From contig OX597826.1 of the NCBI GenBank assembly GCA_951406725.2, positions 11,408,001 through 11,472,000 on the forward strand: 64,000 nucleotides of DNA, read 5' to 3'. Position 1 is the stretch's first letter. Each line of letters opens with the position of its first letter. Under the pieces are notes generated by a model, which saw only the letters and a list, made by a program, of their open reading frames with translations, searched no databases and was not told the DNA's origin. The DNA is from Octopus vulgaris (lineage: Eukaryota). This document shows, one piece after another, positions 51,031 to 63,866 of the stretch. Position numbers and translations under genes: made by a program.

Positions 51031-51499
51031 GAGAGAGGGAGAGAGAGAGAGAGCTTTTACGTGGCCACTCAGTTTGCTAGAAAGGAAAAATCATTATTCA
51101 TTAATGATTTGTTATGTTTCAGTCATTTGACTGTGGCCATGGTGGAGCACCGCGTTTAGTCGAGCAAATCGACCCCAGGACTTATTCTTTGGAAGCCTAG
51201 TACTTATTCTATCGGTCTCTTTTGCCGAACCGCTAAGTTACGGGAACGTAAACACACCAGCATCGGGCCTCAAGCGATGTTGGGGGGACAAACACGGACA
51301 CACAAACATATACACGCACATATACATATACACATATACATATATATACATATATATACGACGGGCTTCTTTCAGTCTTCGTCTACCAAATCCACTCACA
51401 AGGCTTTGGTCGGCCCGGGGCTATATTAGAAGACAGTTGACCAAGGTGCCACGCAGTGGGACTGTACCCGGAACCATGTGGTTGGTAAACAAGCTACTT

Positions 51500-53575
51500 T
51501 ATTTCATAAAATTTGTCATCATAGACAGTACAAAGAGTGTGTAGCTTTGCGGGTTGGACAAACACATTAATGAATGAAAATGAAATAAAATGAATAAATG
51601 AGAGACGAAACCCAACACCCGCCGATTGGATTTTTCTCGAAAACATATTTTCTTTTTTTAAAAATCAATATGAGGTTTCAAACCTCTTACAAGAAGGAGG
51701 CCCTAAAATCTCTTACTTAACATGTTTTGTTTTTAAAATACACAATTGAGGTTATAAACCACTACAAATAATACAATAAGATGAGGTTTCAAACCCTATA
51801 ACGAGGGTCTTTCACCTCCTACTCTTCGATATATCCATCGATATATTCATCATTATCTTCAATGCCGCTTGAGTTCCTGTATCCCGCCATTTCCCATGCC
51901 TCACTCATGTAGGACATGTAAGTCGTGTAAGGGCCACCCGGCCATATGCGACACTCCTCCCCAAATCCTTTAAGCCTTTCCCACAAGGGAAACCTTATGA
52001 CCTCCACAGCTATCTGCGGAGGCCATTCGGGATCCCGTGTGAAGGGCATATCTACTGTCTCTTTATGTTCTACTATTTTTTCCACCTCCTCGCCCTTATA
52101 GAAAAAGATTAATTCACCATCTTTAAGGGTGGGGGTCGTTTCTTCCACCGTGGGTGGCACAACTTCGAGACATGCAGACGACACATCATCTCCCCGCTGA
52201 GATGAACCGTTCTTCTTCCTTCTTTTTTTTCTTTTCTTCCTGAATTCGGGAGAGTGGAACTCTTCCGTTTTGTCCGGAGACTCTCTTCCGCCTCCCGAAG
52301 CCTTGGGTTCCTTCGACGGGCATCTATTGTTGCCCGCCTTCTTCCTTTTCAATCCTTTTTGAGTTGAGGAGGCTGAAGCCTCCTCGACCACATCCACCTC
52401 TCCCTTTGACCGGGTAGGGGAGGTGGAATCTAGTGACTGTTCCAGGACCCTACCATGGTCCTAGGGCAGTTCTTTTTAATGTGACCTGGCTGAAGGCACG
52501 AGTGACACTTGGGGAGACGTCCCTCAAATATCACCTGCAGCCAGCCATTTTTAAGAAACCTGGAAAAACCAGATCTGTTGCGGCCGATGGGGTCCACAGG
52601 GTCAAAATGGCTTTTGACCCTTCCCAATCGACCGCCGGCAATACCCTTACATTTAAGATCCTGGGCCCGCCATGCCCCAGTCCACGTCGGATGGTATCTT
52701 CAATCCAATCCGCTTCGGTGTCTGGAGGTACCCACATACCCAGGCTCTTATTAATTTCCTCCCGCAATATGACGGGAAGAACAGAATTTCTTTGCCTTCT
52801 AAAGGCTGACTCGCAAACTGGCGAGCCTTTTCCCTGTTGTCAAACAGCAACCATGCGGTTGCATGTTTGACACCACGGGATATATATTTTACAGAGGACA
52901 AATAGTCTTTAAGTTCATTTTTTATAACTTGTTTTGGGAAGACGGTGATGGAATTAAGAACTTTAGAATAAGTTCTAAGCACCATCGTCTTCTCCTCCAT
53001 ATCTTTTAACCACTGCGTAGGCGGGTTAATTTCCCACTCTAAGACAGAGTTCTTCTTTTTAAGTTCCTTCTCTGCCATGTCAAAAAACAGTTCAAAAGTA
53101 GTTCAAAAGAGAGTCTGCCAAAAAATTAAACCGAATAAAAATAAAACAAAATAAAAGAGGAGGAAAGGAAACTGAAATTAAAGTAATGAAAAGAATGAAC
53201 CAAAATTTAGAAAGAAAGAAAAAATAGAAGAAGGGAAAAGTAAAAGAAAAACCTCACAAATAGCACAGACAGGGAATCCTTTTGTATAATACTCCAAAAA
53301 AGTAATCCAAATGGCTTATTCTTGAAGTACTCCAGTTCGGAAAAATTGTACTTTTTCTGGCAAGATACGCCTACTAAAATTTACAAAAAGAATTTTCAAG
53401 CAAAAATTCTCAATTCACCATTATGGTGATGAGAACCCAGGATTTTGCTCGCTATAGCGAGCCATAATTGACAATTCTTCTTTTTGTTCTTTTTTCTATT
53501 CACGGAGCCCCCAAAAACACATCTTCCCACTGTAACAGTCCAGACCAACTAGTGTTGCATTCTGGGTAACCGGAA
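51500..53575 (-). mobile_element. ORF1-only (half-L1/Tx1-like) non-autonomous retroelement
   Basis: 15-bp TSD GTAARCAAGCTACTT (51485-51499, 53576-53590); ~500 bp 5' UTR, one broken ORF, ~320 bp 3' UTR; no ORF2. Confidence 0.8.
51819..53078 (-). pseudogene. Frameshifted L1/Tx1-type ORF1 (gag-like CCHC zinc-knuckle protein), about 420 codons
   Basis: Four adjacent ORF pieces join up: MAEKELKK..FFPSYCGRK..WVPPD..LQVIFEGRLPKCHSCLQPGHIKKNC (CX2CX4HX4C), then a basic/acidic tail with KKRKKRRKK. Confidence 0.75.
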
Positions 53576-54029
53576 GTAAGCAAGCTACTTACCTCACAGC
53601 CACTCCTATAGTAGAAAGGATTAAAATTCCTTGCTCTTTACAGACCACTACGCAACATACCCGCATAACACAATTCTGCAGTACACAGAGGTCAGACATA
53701 ATTAAGATACACTTCACTGTAATACGAGAGTATACATCCTTGTGCACACAGAAGGACGCACCGCAACGCATCACTGTAGTATATCGAATTGTAACAGATA
53801 TCACAATAGGACACATCACTTTTGTAGGCCGCACACTAGTGCACACCACAGTAATACAATCACTGCATTACTGTAGTACACAGCACCGTAATGCCCTTCA
53901 TTGTTATACACTTCAGTGCTATACTCAAAATACATAGTAGTATACATCATTGTCATACATTTAAAACGCACATCCAGGCATTAGTATAGTACACACATTA
54001 TTGTACACAATACTGTAGTACATTATATA

Positions 54030-55470
54030 TCTCTTATTATAAAAGGCAGATTTTATCTGCCTCCCTTTGTCTCTTATAGAAATCTACAATATAGGATTTC
54101 TTCAATTACAATTTACCTAGCATTTTTAAGAGTAGAATAAATCGGGTCGTGCCAGGTCCAGTTTTTAAAATTTCAACCCCAATTAAGCAAAATTTAGAGA
54201 AAACTCACATTGTGGTGTGTAAGTCAAGTGCTTTTCTTAGTGTGGTCTATGGCACACGCACACACACACACACAAAAAGGGAGCGATCTGCTTCACTCAC
54301 GCTATCACTCTAATTTTTACTCCTTTCTCTTTGCAAGTGTGCAACGATTAAAGTGAAACTATTTCTATAAAACGAGAGAAGTGTACCTTAAACCACTACT
54401 AAAAAAAACACAGCAAACAGAAACAAATAAATACATAACGATTTACTCCTCACACAATTTCTTCAATTAGAGTTTACCCATGATTTTTCAAAGTACTTCC
54501 ATTGGGTCATGCCATACAAAATTTCTTTCAATTTTACCCCCAATTAAGACAAAATTCGAGAAAACTCAATATTTTAACATTTCACTCCGAAAGCATTGAT
54601 GTACATGTGTGCGTGCGTGAGTGTGTGTGTGTCATTCCTCACACACACGCATACACATACATATATGACAGTGACAAACACAAACGTTTCAAACAACTAC
54701 ATACAAACACGTGTGTGTTTGTTATTAGTAAAAAAGGCGCGAAACACGACTCACTTCTCATTCCAACACTTTTGCAAAGACACACGGACGGTCGAATTGC
54801 TATAACAATACAGAAAAGGTAAATTGGTTTTTAATTTACTTTCTATATAAATATATACACATATTCTGTATATATTTTATTATATAATATTATATATAGA
54901 TATATGTATATATAATTGCAGTATGAAACAGTGTTTATGTATAAACAGACAACACTTATATATAGTTATTAATAAATGTATGCAGCCGTTTAAAAGAAAA
55001 ACCCAAAAATATTTTATTCTTTATAAATGTTGTGTTCAAAATAACATTTTCTTTTAAGAATGTGTATATAACAAAGTATGTGTATATAACTACGTGGCTT
55101 ATATCTTTATATATAAAAGTGATTCCTAACTACTCCCACATTTTGCGGTGCAGTTTAACCAAAACCGGGTATCTTATAGTCGTGATTCATATCGAGCCCT
55201 TCTGGGTATTAGCGCGCGTCTACGATGAGTCTACGATTTAAAAAAAATTAACCATCATATTTTTCCATTTTAATGCATTTTTATCGCTATTATATAAGGG
55301 AAGTAACTCTCTAAAAATATCTACGATGTGTCAACGATTTTAAAAAAAATTTACCTTAATTTTTTTCCATCTTTAATGCATTTTTTTGCTATTTTTTGGC
55401 TATAACTCTCTAAAAATGCTTATATAGTTATTTCCCTTACAAACCCGAGCAACGCCGGGCGATACTGCTA

Positions 55471-55471
<1 letters not shown>
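54030..55471 (+). mobile_element. Complete non-autonomous Helitron
   Basis: 5' TCTCTTATTATAAAAGG after A; 3' hairpin CCCGAGCAACGCCGGG then CTAG before T; no TSD; internal duplications (54090-54210 vs 54455-54570; 55220-55320 vs 55320-55420). Confidence 0.85.
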
Positions 55472-55539
<68 letters not shown>

Positions 55540-55934
55540 TATATATATATGCATATTGAGATAGGGGTTGTAAATGCAACCCTCCATGGGATAACATATA
55601 TCCAATATACTGCTAGTGAAGTACCCAACAAAGTTAATACATAAATGTTAAGGATTGCGATGCAATCAATTCATTTACTGTATTATATGGGCAAAGGTAA
55701 AAAGATTTACCACAAATTACTAATACAAGATAAGAAAATGGAGAAATACATCTAAATCAAATATCAATTATCAGATAATACTCAATCACATACTTTATTA
55801 AACCACCACATAAGAGACTGTAGGGTTAAACATAAAAAAGCAGAACAAATCAGTGTACACAAAGGAATGTACATAAAAAAGTGTACATAAAAGAGTAATG
55901 TTGTATAATAAGTAGAATATATATAAAAGAGAGT

Positions 55935-56253
55935 GAGGGCGCGTGGCTTAGTGGTTAGGGCATTCGGCTCATGATCGTAAGGTTGTGAGTTCGATTCCCG
56001 GCGACGCGTTGTGTCCTTGAGCAAGACACTTTATTTCACGTTGCTCCAGTCCACTCAGCTGGCAAAAATGAGTTGTACTTGTATTTCAAAGGTTCAGCCT
56101 TGTCACTCTCTGTGTCACGCTGATTATCCCCGAGAACTACGTTAAGGGTACACGTGTCTGTGGAATGCTCAGCCATTTGCACGTTAATTTCACGAGCAAG
56201 CTGTTCCGTTGATCGTATCAGCTGGGACCCTCGTCGTCGTAACCGGCGGAGTC
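55935..56253 (+). mobile_element. SINE family C (tail 1) with tRNA-Met-like head
   Basis: A box TGGCTTAGTGG, CTCATGATCGTAAGGTTGTGAGTTCGATTC resembles the elongator tRNA-Met anticodon-to-T arm; continues into the SINE body. Confidence 0.88.
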
Positions 56254-56568
56254 TTTAAATATAAAAGAGAATATAAATATAAGTAAACAGTGATAGACAT
56301 AAACCAAAACATAAATAACAAATAATATATATTTTTATAAAGCATATAACTTATAACTAGACCTCAAAAAGTATAAAAATGAATGATCAAAGTTATATGT
56401 TTTATAAAAATATATATTATTTGTTATTTATGTATTGGTTTATGTCTATTACTGTTTGAGTTGCATAATAGCGGTTTTATCTCTAATTCATATTTTATAT
56501 AATTATACCGTGAAATTTGATTTAATACTAAATTGAATTTTTCCCCTGTAAGTTTGGAGTGATACTCC

Positions 56569-56605
<37 letters not shown>

Positions 56606-56669
56606 GAGTCGCCATGATAGATCGTTAGCCACTACACACATTTTTTCTCTCCTTGTTTTTTCTGTGTCC

Positions 56670-56704
56670 CTTTCTGTAGAAGAGCGTAGGCTCGAAACGT
56701 AAAG
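56670..56704 (+). ncRNA. Minimal hammerhead motif (A6U variant) in TA-flanked element 56603-56792
   Basis: CTTT-CTGTAGA-A-GAGC gtag GCTC-GAAAC-GTA-AAG; the element aligns almost end to end with 42821-43011. Confidence 0.65.
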
Positions 56705-56790
56705 ACTTTTTCTATTCCTGAGCGTTATACTAATACATCTGTTTGTTTTGTACACCACATGTCTTCGTCTTTTTTTTTCGTAAACTCTCC

Positions 56791-56842
<52 letters not shown>

Positions 56843-56843
56843 C

Positions 56844-56874
<31 letters not shown>

Positions 56875-58239
56875 CATTGTTGTAAACATTACTGTAGTAC
56901 AAACGAGCAAACGAGTACTATTGTAATACATATTTCGTGGTGTACATCTTTGCAAGTCACTAGATTTCACATAACTTTAATGCACATTTCTGTTGTGCCA
57001 ATCTCCAAACATCATTGTACTACAGTTCACCCTAATCCGACAAATATAATTATAAGGTACCTCATCTATGTACGTCACTGATATATACATGGCTATATTA
57101 CACATCATTCTTGTTGACATCACTGGACCACAAATCATTGCTCTATACATCTCCGTATTGTACAACAGTACACATTACGGTGCCTATACATTACTATAAT
57201 ATATATATATATCTTTGTAGTGCTCATCATTGATTTCAGCACAAATGTCTACTACTTAATAATAGCATTTATAACCAAGATACAAGCCATATAACCATTT
57301 TGTTGGATGCCCGCCTTCTTATGACTCATCCAACTGAATGTCTTCGCCAGTTGTCCAACTATAATGAATTAATATATTTGCAGTCATGTAGTGAAGGCTG
57401 TGTAACGGCGATGATTTTTTTTTTGTCAGCACATCTAGTTTCGTCTCCCAGCTGGAGTCGCATTTATTTCCATAGCTAATGCCTCTGGTAAACAACATGC
57501 ATGAAACGCAGCACCTATTGAATTGCTTATGTAATAAGTGATTAGATCTCGAGTCAGACACTGTTTTGAACATAGATGCATATTTGTGATTCCCTCTCTG
57601 GATGTGCTGTACGTGAGGGGGACTGAGTGTAAGAGAGAACGAGAGAGAGAGAGAGGGAAGAGAGAGGGGGAGAGAGATGGATGGAGAAACAAGATCCATT
57701 TGTTAGATATTCATACATAAGACATATGACCTCAAGTTCGAATATCTTTTCAGTAGATGACTACAGGGACAACAAGATCAGCAGCGATAACATAATATAA
57801 AAACAAAACGGACAAGAGCAACAACAGCAGCAACAAGAACAACAACAACAACTACAACAACAACGAGAACAATAACAACAACAACAGCAGCAGCAGTAGC
57901 AAGAACAAGAATAAAAATAGTCAGAGTAACAGCAGGAATTGCAACAACAAAAATAGCGACGAAGACGAAACGAAGTCGATTCGTTTAATCGTTAGCAAAT
58001 AGACAATGGTCATACAAACCGCCATTTTGTTGCTATTAAAAAAACAACAGCAAATAAATGTAATTAATGGAAAGTGCGTAAAGAGATGAAACTTCACTGC
58101 TTTGCAAAAAGAAACTTGTTAGAACTATATAACAATCACTGATTATCTTCTATAGCATAGACATCTATCGATCACCCGTACAATCAGTAGAAATCACTTT
58201 TTAACTGTCTAACTTATATACTCATACAACTGTTGCTGG

Positions 58240-58627
58240 TGCTGCTGTTGCTGTTGCTGTTGAGCGAACGGTCTTCGTCCCAGAGCTCGTAAGATGGGAG
58301 AAGTCCGAAACGTGGTCCTTTGCTATTTGTAGACCCGCAGAAGAGAAAGCAGGTCAACCCCCGACACCGAGAGCATCGACGGATGGATGAATGCGCATCT
58401 AGGCTCAGCGGTTGCGTAGAAAGTCGGGGACAAGAAACAGGAAGAAAAAGTGAGAGAAAGTTGGGGCGAAAGAGTACAACGGGGTCGCCACCACCCCCTG
58501 CCGGAGCCTCGTGGAGCTTTAGGTGTATTCGCTCAATAAACACACATAACGCCCGGTCTGGGAATCAAAACCGCGATCCTCCGACCGCAGTCCGCTGCTC
58601 TAACCATTGGGGTATTGCGCCTCCACA
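58240..58627 (-). mobile_element. SINE family D (tail 2)
   Basis: Match to 23520-23886; (CAG/CAA)n tail. Confidence 0.88.
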
Positions 58628-58659
58628 CTGTTGCTGGTGTACTTTGAGACACTCTGAGT

Positions 58660-58795
58660 CAGTAGTTCTCAACTTGGATCCATATGGCCCTTAGGGCTCC
58701 ATACAAGATTTTACTGTTAAAATTTCTAAGCAATAAATTGGTAATACTTCTACAATACGTAAAATATTTTAATTTTTTTAAATACAATTCTTAAT
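58660..58795. mobile_element. hAT MITE fragment
   Basis: Starts CAGTAGTTCTCAACTTGG, matching the reverse complement of the right end of 2607-2882. Confidence 0.6.
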
Positions 58796-59139
58796 TACAT
58801 CGACCCAGTGCATAACTGGTACTTAATTTAACGACCCCGAAAGGATGAAAGGCAAAGTTGACCTCGGCGGAATTTGAACAAACAACGTAACAGCAGACAA
58901 AATCCCTATTTCTTTACTACCCACAAGGGGCCAAACACAGAGAGGACAAACAAGGACAGACAAACGGATTAAGTCGATTATATCGACCCCAGTGCGTAAC
59001 TGGTACTTAATTTATCAACCCCGAAAGGATGAAAGGCAAAGTCGACCTCTGCGGAATTTGAACTCAGAACGTAGCGGCAGACGAAATACCGCTGATCATT
59101 TCGCCCGGTGTGCTAATGTTTCTGCCAGCTCGCCGCCTT
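58795..59139 (-). mobile_element. SINE family A, head plus about 1.6 body units
   Basis: Same junction as the other multimers. Confidence 0.88.
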
Positions 59140-59511
59140 ACGCTGAGTTATAATAATGAAGTCGATGTCGATGACGTGAATCGTAGATTGCAGTGTTCTC
59201 GACAACGTTCGTCAGTGGTACTGCAGTGTGACAATTGCCAATAAATTGATCTCTCATCGATCACTCTATCAGTGACAAATAGGTACAATGTAAAGTTTGG
59301 TTTAGTTTTGTAAGTAATAGAAACACTTATAATTGCTGGGTGAAAGTTGTTTCGGCTTGTAGTGCTGAACTCGAATATACAACCCTACACATCGATGTAA
59401 TACACATTAGTGTTTAGTGTACATTCCTTTACAACATGTTGTAGTACATTATTGTTTTCAACAATGGTGCGTACTTGCTAATTATAGTGTACAACCAAAT
59501 CACGAACCATC

Positions 59512-59730
59512 TACAAGAATGTGCTGAAAAGATCCTGGCTTAAAGAGAACCAATGTTCCTGGCTTTAAGTGAAACGAAAGGCTCGCTTGGAAGCCTAAAC
59601 ATCCGAGTTCTTTTACAGGGCTTAGAAGTGTGTGAATCTGAGGGAGGAATATGTTGGATAAAATCATAATTAACTGGTTCCCCTGTATTTTCTTTTAACT
59701 AAAGCCAAAAACTTTTGGCAACCCGTCGTA
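59512..59730. mobile_element. Mariner-derived MITE
   Basis: TACAAGAATGTGCTGAAAAGATCCTGGCTT..AAAGCCAAAAACTTTTGGCAACCCGTCGTA; inverted relative of 43091-43311. Confidence 0.7.
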
Positions 59731-59879
59731 TTTCATTTATTGCAAGACCGTATCCATTTTCTAGTGGCTTACTCAAACCAGTCTCCATCATTTGTTAACT
59801 ATTGTAAAATAGTACATACATAATTACATATATGCGTACATATATAATCACGCACACACACACACACACACACACACAT

Positions 59880-60225
59880 CGGAGAGGTCTGGTTTCATCC
59901 AGTCGGACTTGCTGCTGAGATTCTCAGGTTTATTCAAATCGATGACGCCATCCATCACCATCTCAGTCGGTGTTCGGGAGGCCAGAAAGGAGGTAACATT
60001 CGGTGTGTATATATAGAGTTAGCAAATGATGATGTTTTCGGGTCGGTCGACTCGAATACATCTCTGTCTGAACTGCTAATAACATACATCTATAAACACC
60101 ATCAAGACTTGCCTCTCGGTGCTTAGTGAATGTCGAAACGGTAGGACAGTACAACGGCATTGGTTCCACAGTGACACGAAAGAAGCTCCTTTTAAGACTG
60201 TCTGGTAATAATGACTTCCTCACGA
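59880..60225 (-). mobile_element. RTE-like LINE 3' fragment
   Basis: LPDSLKRSFFRVTVEPMPLYC..TFTKHREASLDGVYRCMLLAV resembles FFxATVESVLLYG..LDGxYTRMLR. Confidence 0.7.
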
Positions 60226-60284
60226 CATGCAGGGCGTTTTAAAGGGACTGGAATTTAATTTCTTTGCACTGCTGATTTGTGTGT

Positions 60285-60330
<46 letters not shown>

Positions 60331-60598
60331 GAGTGTTCGTATGCATATGGATATATATGTTAACGACGATGTATGTGTGCGTATGGGCCGATTTTTAAAG
60401 GTCAGCTAAGGATAATCACACGTGTAACCAGCCAGGTTTGATCAACAGAACAAAGAAATCAATGCCAATCCCTTTAAAACGGCAACCACTTTAACAGTAA
60501 GAGAATCTTCATCTCACTTCATCCACGCATTCAAAACAGTTTGCCAACTGTCCTTCAGCAACGGCACACCTTTGATAAACTCAGTGACTACTACTAAC

Positions 60599-60997
60599 TC
60601 CAGGATGAAGACGCTCGACCTTTATTCTCTTGAAAAACGACGACGCCGTGGAGATCTCATTCTTGCTCACAACATCATAAGCGGAAAGTGTAATCTCTCG
60701 AAAGAGATGTTCTTCACTCCTGCTCCAGAGCGTCGGCTGCGGGGTCATTCTGAAAAGTTCTATCTGCGACGATTTCATCTCAATCGAAGGAGAGGGGCTT
60801 TCTCCGTCCGGGTTGCTGATCCGTGGAATAAGCTGCCGGACGAGATGGTGAAGATGCCGACGACCGCTCGGTTCAAAGTCTCCCTTGACCTCAAGTGGCC
60901 TGAACTCTTTACATGAACACCACCCTGTACATAACTCCATGTCCCCCTACATAGCCTTGCTTTTTGCTTTTTTGAGCCAAAAAATTAACTAACTAAC
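60599..60997 (+). mobile_element. 5'-truncated CR1 LINE, intact ORF2 C-terminus and (TAAC)n tail
   Basis: LDLYSLEKRRRRGDLI..RLRGHSEKF..AFSVRVADPWNKLPDEMV..FKVSLD; ACTAAC also on the left flank. Confidence 0.9.
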
Positions 60998-61579
60998 AAG
61001 CCACGGCAGACAGAGAGGATACTCTTGAAGCCGTGAAATTGGACTTACGTTGAGAATATTTACATATCGCCTGAGGAAGCACAACTAGACCTTATAATGC
61101 AAAGAAACAGCTGCATAATCAAGTTCCTGTACGCCTGGAGAATTATGGTACGTAGAAATAATTGTAGTGATTGAAAATGTATGTTCAGCCATACTCCTTC
61201 TTGTTGATTACAACTTTTTTTCAATTATCTATTCACACACGACAGAGGCCCAAATGCAAACCTGGAAGTACGTATAATACTACTACAGGATAGCACAGGG
61301 TAAAATCTGAAGGTGGACGATCTTATGCTGTACTCTACTAAGTTCTTAACACTATATATCATAACTATATACCATATACTATATATATATATATATATAT
61401 ATGAAAATTTTTAAGGTGGCTATTCGCAATTTACAACCTAATGGCAACAGGTATTGTCGTCACGATAGTGACGGAGGGTGCTAGTCAGCACCAGCGTTGC
61501 TAAAAATGAGAGTCAAAACAACTCTGAGACACTTGAGAGCACTTTTCTAACGACATACAAGAGAGAAAAGCTCTAATAT

Positions 61580-61700
61580 ATATATCACTGTAATCACTGT
61601 GACCGACCAGGCTATCAGATGTTGCTACACATCGCTGGTCACAATGTGCTTTGTCTTTGCCTTCAAATGACGCCACTCCGCTGGCTAAGCGAGCAGGCCA
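61580..61700 (-). mobile_element. RTE-type SINE/LINE 3' tail fragment (tail 4)
   Basis: Similar to 41612-41720 and 47400-47460. Confidence 0.7.
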
Positions 61701-61771
61701 ATGTGACCGCGTGTGTACCGTTGGCGATTTTTTTCCCTCCGTCTTCCCTTCTCTGGATCTTTCCTTTTCCT

Positions 61772-61806
61772 GTTTCTGACGAAGAGCTCCGCTCGAAACG
61801 TTAAAC
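61772..61806 (+). ncRNA. Minimal hammerhead motif with canonical core in element ~61702-61915
   Basis: GTTT-CTGACGA-A-GAGC tcc GCTC-GAAAC-GTT-AAAC: intact CUGANGA/GAAA core, perfect stems I and II, palindromic stem III. Confidence 0.78.
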
Positions 61807-61968
61807 CCTCCTTCTTCCCTTCCTTCCTGAGCATCCAATAATACTATATTTGTTCCACGTCCTCGCGTTGTTGTGTTGTTTTCTCTTTGTGTTTTCATGT
61901 TTGGATTGACTATGTATATATATACTTGGAAGAGGATGCGTGGCGTCGTGCAATCATATAATAATATA

Positions 61969-62040
<72 letters not shown>

Positions 62041-63361
62041 ATTTTAGAAGTAATTTCGTGTTAAAGCTGTCGTATTTGGGTAATTTTAACCAATCAACGA
62101 CGTGTATTCAGCCTACTGTTGTTTGCGATAGTAATCGAAGAGCAACAACTTCCGGGTCATCTCTACTAAATGTATTTTTCAATCACGTGTGGATTATTCG
62201 GTTTAGTTAAAAAAGAAAATTTTGATCTGTGGGCCAAACGGAAGATATTCCACACAAACACATGATCACACACTTATATATATCGATATATACATTCGGC
62301 GGCGGAATGAGGCATTCTAACCAGTGGTGTTGGTTAGAATATCTCACATATATGTGTATATGTGTATGTGAGCGGCGAGTTCGTGTGTGTGCATGTGTGT
62401 GTGTGTGTGTGCGTGTAATTAATATCTATTTACTTGCATAGTTGAATCTAAAACAAGAGATTACTTGTCTAATCTGTGATAGACCGGTGGTTCATTAAAG
62501 TGGCTTTGTACTTGATGCTTTAAATTCGATATTTCGGTAAACCACAGCACAAATATATATGAAATACATTATGTGGTATTTCATATTTCGTTAACAAACG
62601 GGGATATTTAATGAGATTATAGATTTTGTAAGGTATTTATTCTAAAAACACTGTAACCATTCCGGTCACGAATAAATAGATGTCGTCATCATCACTGTTT
62701 TTTAAAAATAATTTTGTTGTTATCGAATCGCTTTTAGTCAGACATCTTTTTTTATGTTATTTTAGTTATGTGTAATTCATTGAGAATTTGTAAGAAGTCA
62801 GACGATAATTTAAATCTTGCAGGATAATTATACATAATTTAAATCTTCTATGATAATTGTTCTCGAACGATATTCATGTGTGCATGTGTTTTACTGTATT
62901 GGACTTTTCTTAGGAAACCACCATATTTTTGAAATGGTAGCGTTGTCATTGTTTAGTGCTAGGTCAGTCTTTAAACGAGCAGACCAATAGCACTATGTAA
63001 CACAAGTTTTATCCTTAGGTAGCAGCTTTTGTTTCCTATTTGCATGACCCGAGAAACTATGAAAAATGGCTAATGTTTCCTTAAAACTTTGCTTTCGTTA
63101 CATTTATTCAAACCCCTCTCAACACATCTCTGTATGGATATGTGTATGCATGCATGTATGTATGTGTATGTATATATGTATGTAAGTGTATGTTTGTATA
63201 TGTGCGTGTTGTGTGGTTGTGTGTATGGGCATGTGTGTGTCTGATGTACGTGTCAGCCCTAAATAATTGATAATTTTATGACTATTTTTTGAGCCATTTT
63301 AGTGAAAAATACTTAAACTAATTTATGATGTCTTCTGAGGAGGACATACGTCTGTCATACT

Positions 63362-63440
<79 letters not shown>

Positions 63441-63791
63441 CATACATGCATACCAACGAACATCCACATAAAAAGTGTGTGCATGATATATATATATAAA
63501 TTCTGTTGTGTCTGGGGGGAGTCATTTTCTTTTTGTGCCTTATAATGTAACACACTCACCGGTAAAATTTCTACTTATTTCTTATTTTTATTTTCTAAAA
63601 TTTTCGCTGCGTCTTGCAACCTTTTCAATAGTCTATTTTAGGAGAATAAATTTTAGAAATAAGTGGAACTTTTACCAGTGAGTGTGTTAAATTATAAGGC
63701 ACAAAAAGAAAATGATTCTCCCCAGACACAACCGAATATGCTTCAACACACGAACTCACATAAATAATCTTGCAAACCAAATCCCAAACGA

Positions 63792-63866
<75 letters not shown>

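Larger units (their letters stand above)
51112..53608 (-). mobile_element. SINE family B split by a 2.08 kb retroelement
   Basis: Body 51112-51499; remaining head 53576-53608. Confidence 0.85.

Noticed and set aside
55935-56010. tRNA-Met gene
   Set aside because: Anticodon and acceptor stems are imperfect, there is no oligo-T terminator, and the sequence continues into a multi-copy SINE body.
60572-60916. Intact 114-aa ORF as a host gene
   Set aside because: It is the CR1 ORF2 C-terminus of a 5'-truncated insertion with a (TAAC)n tail.
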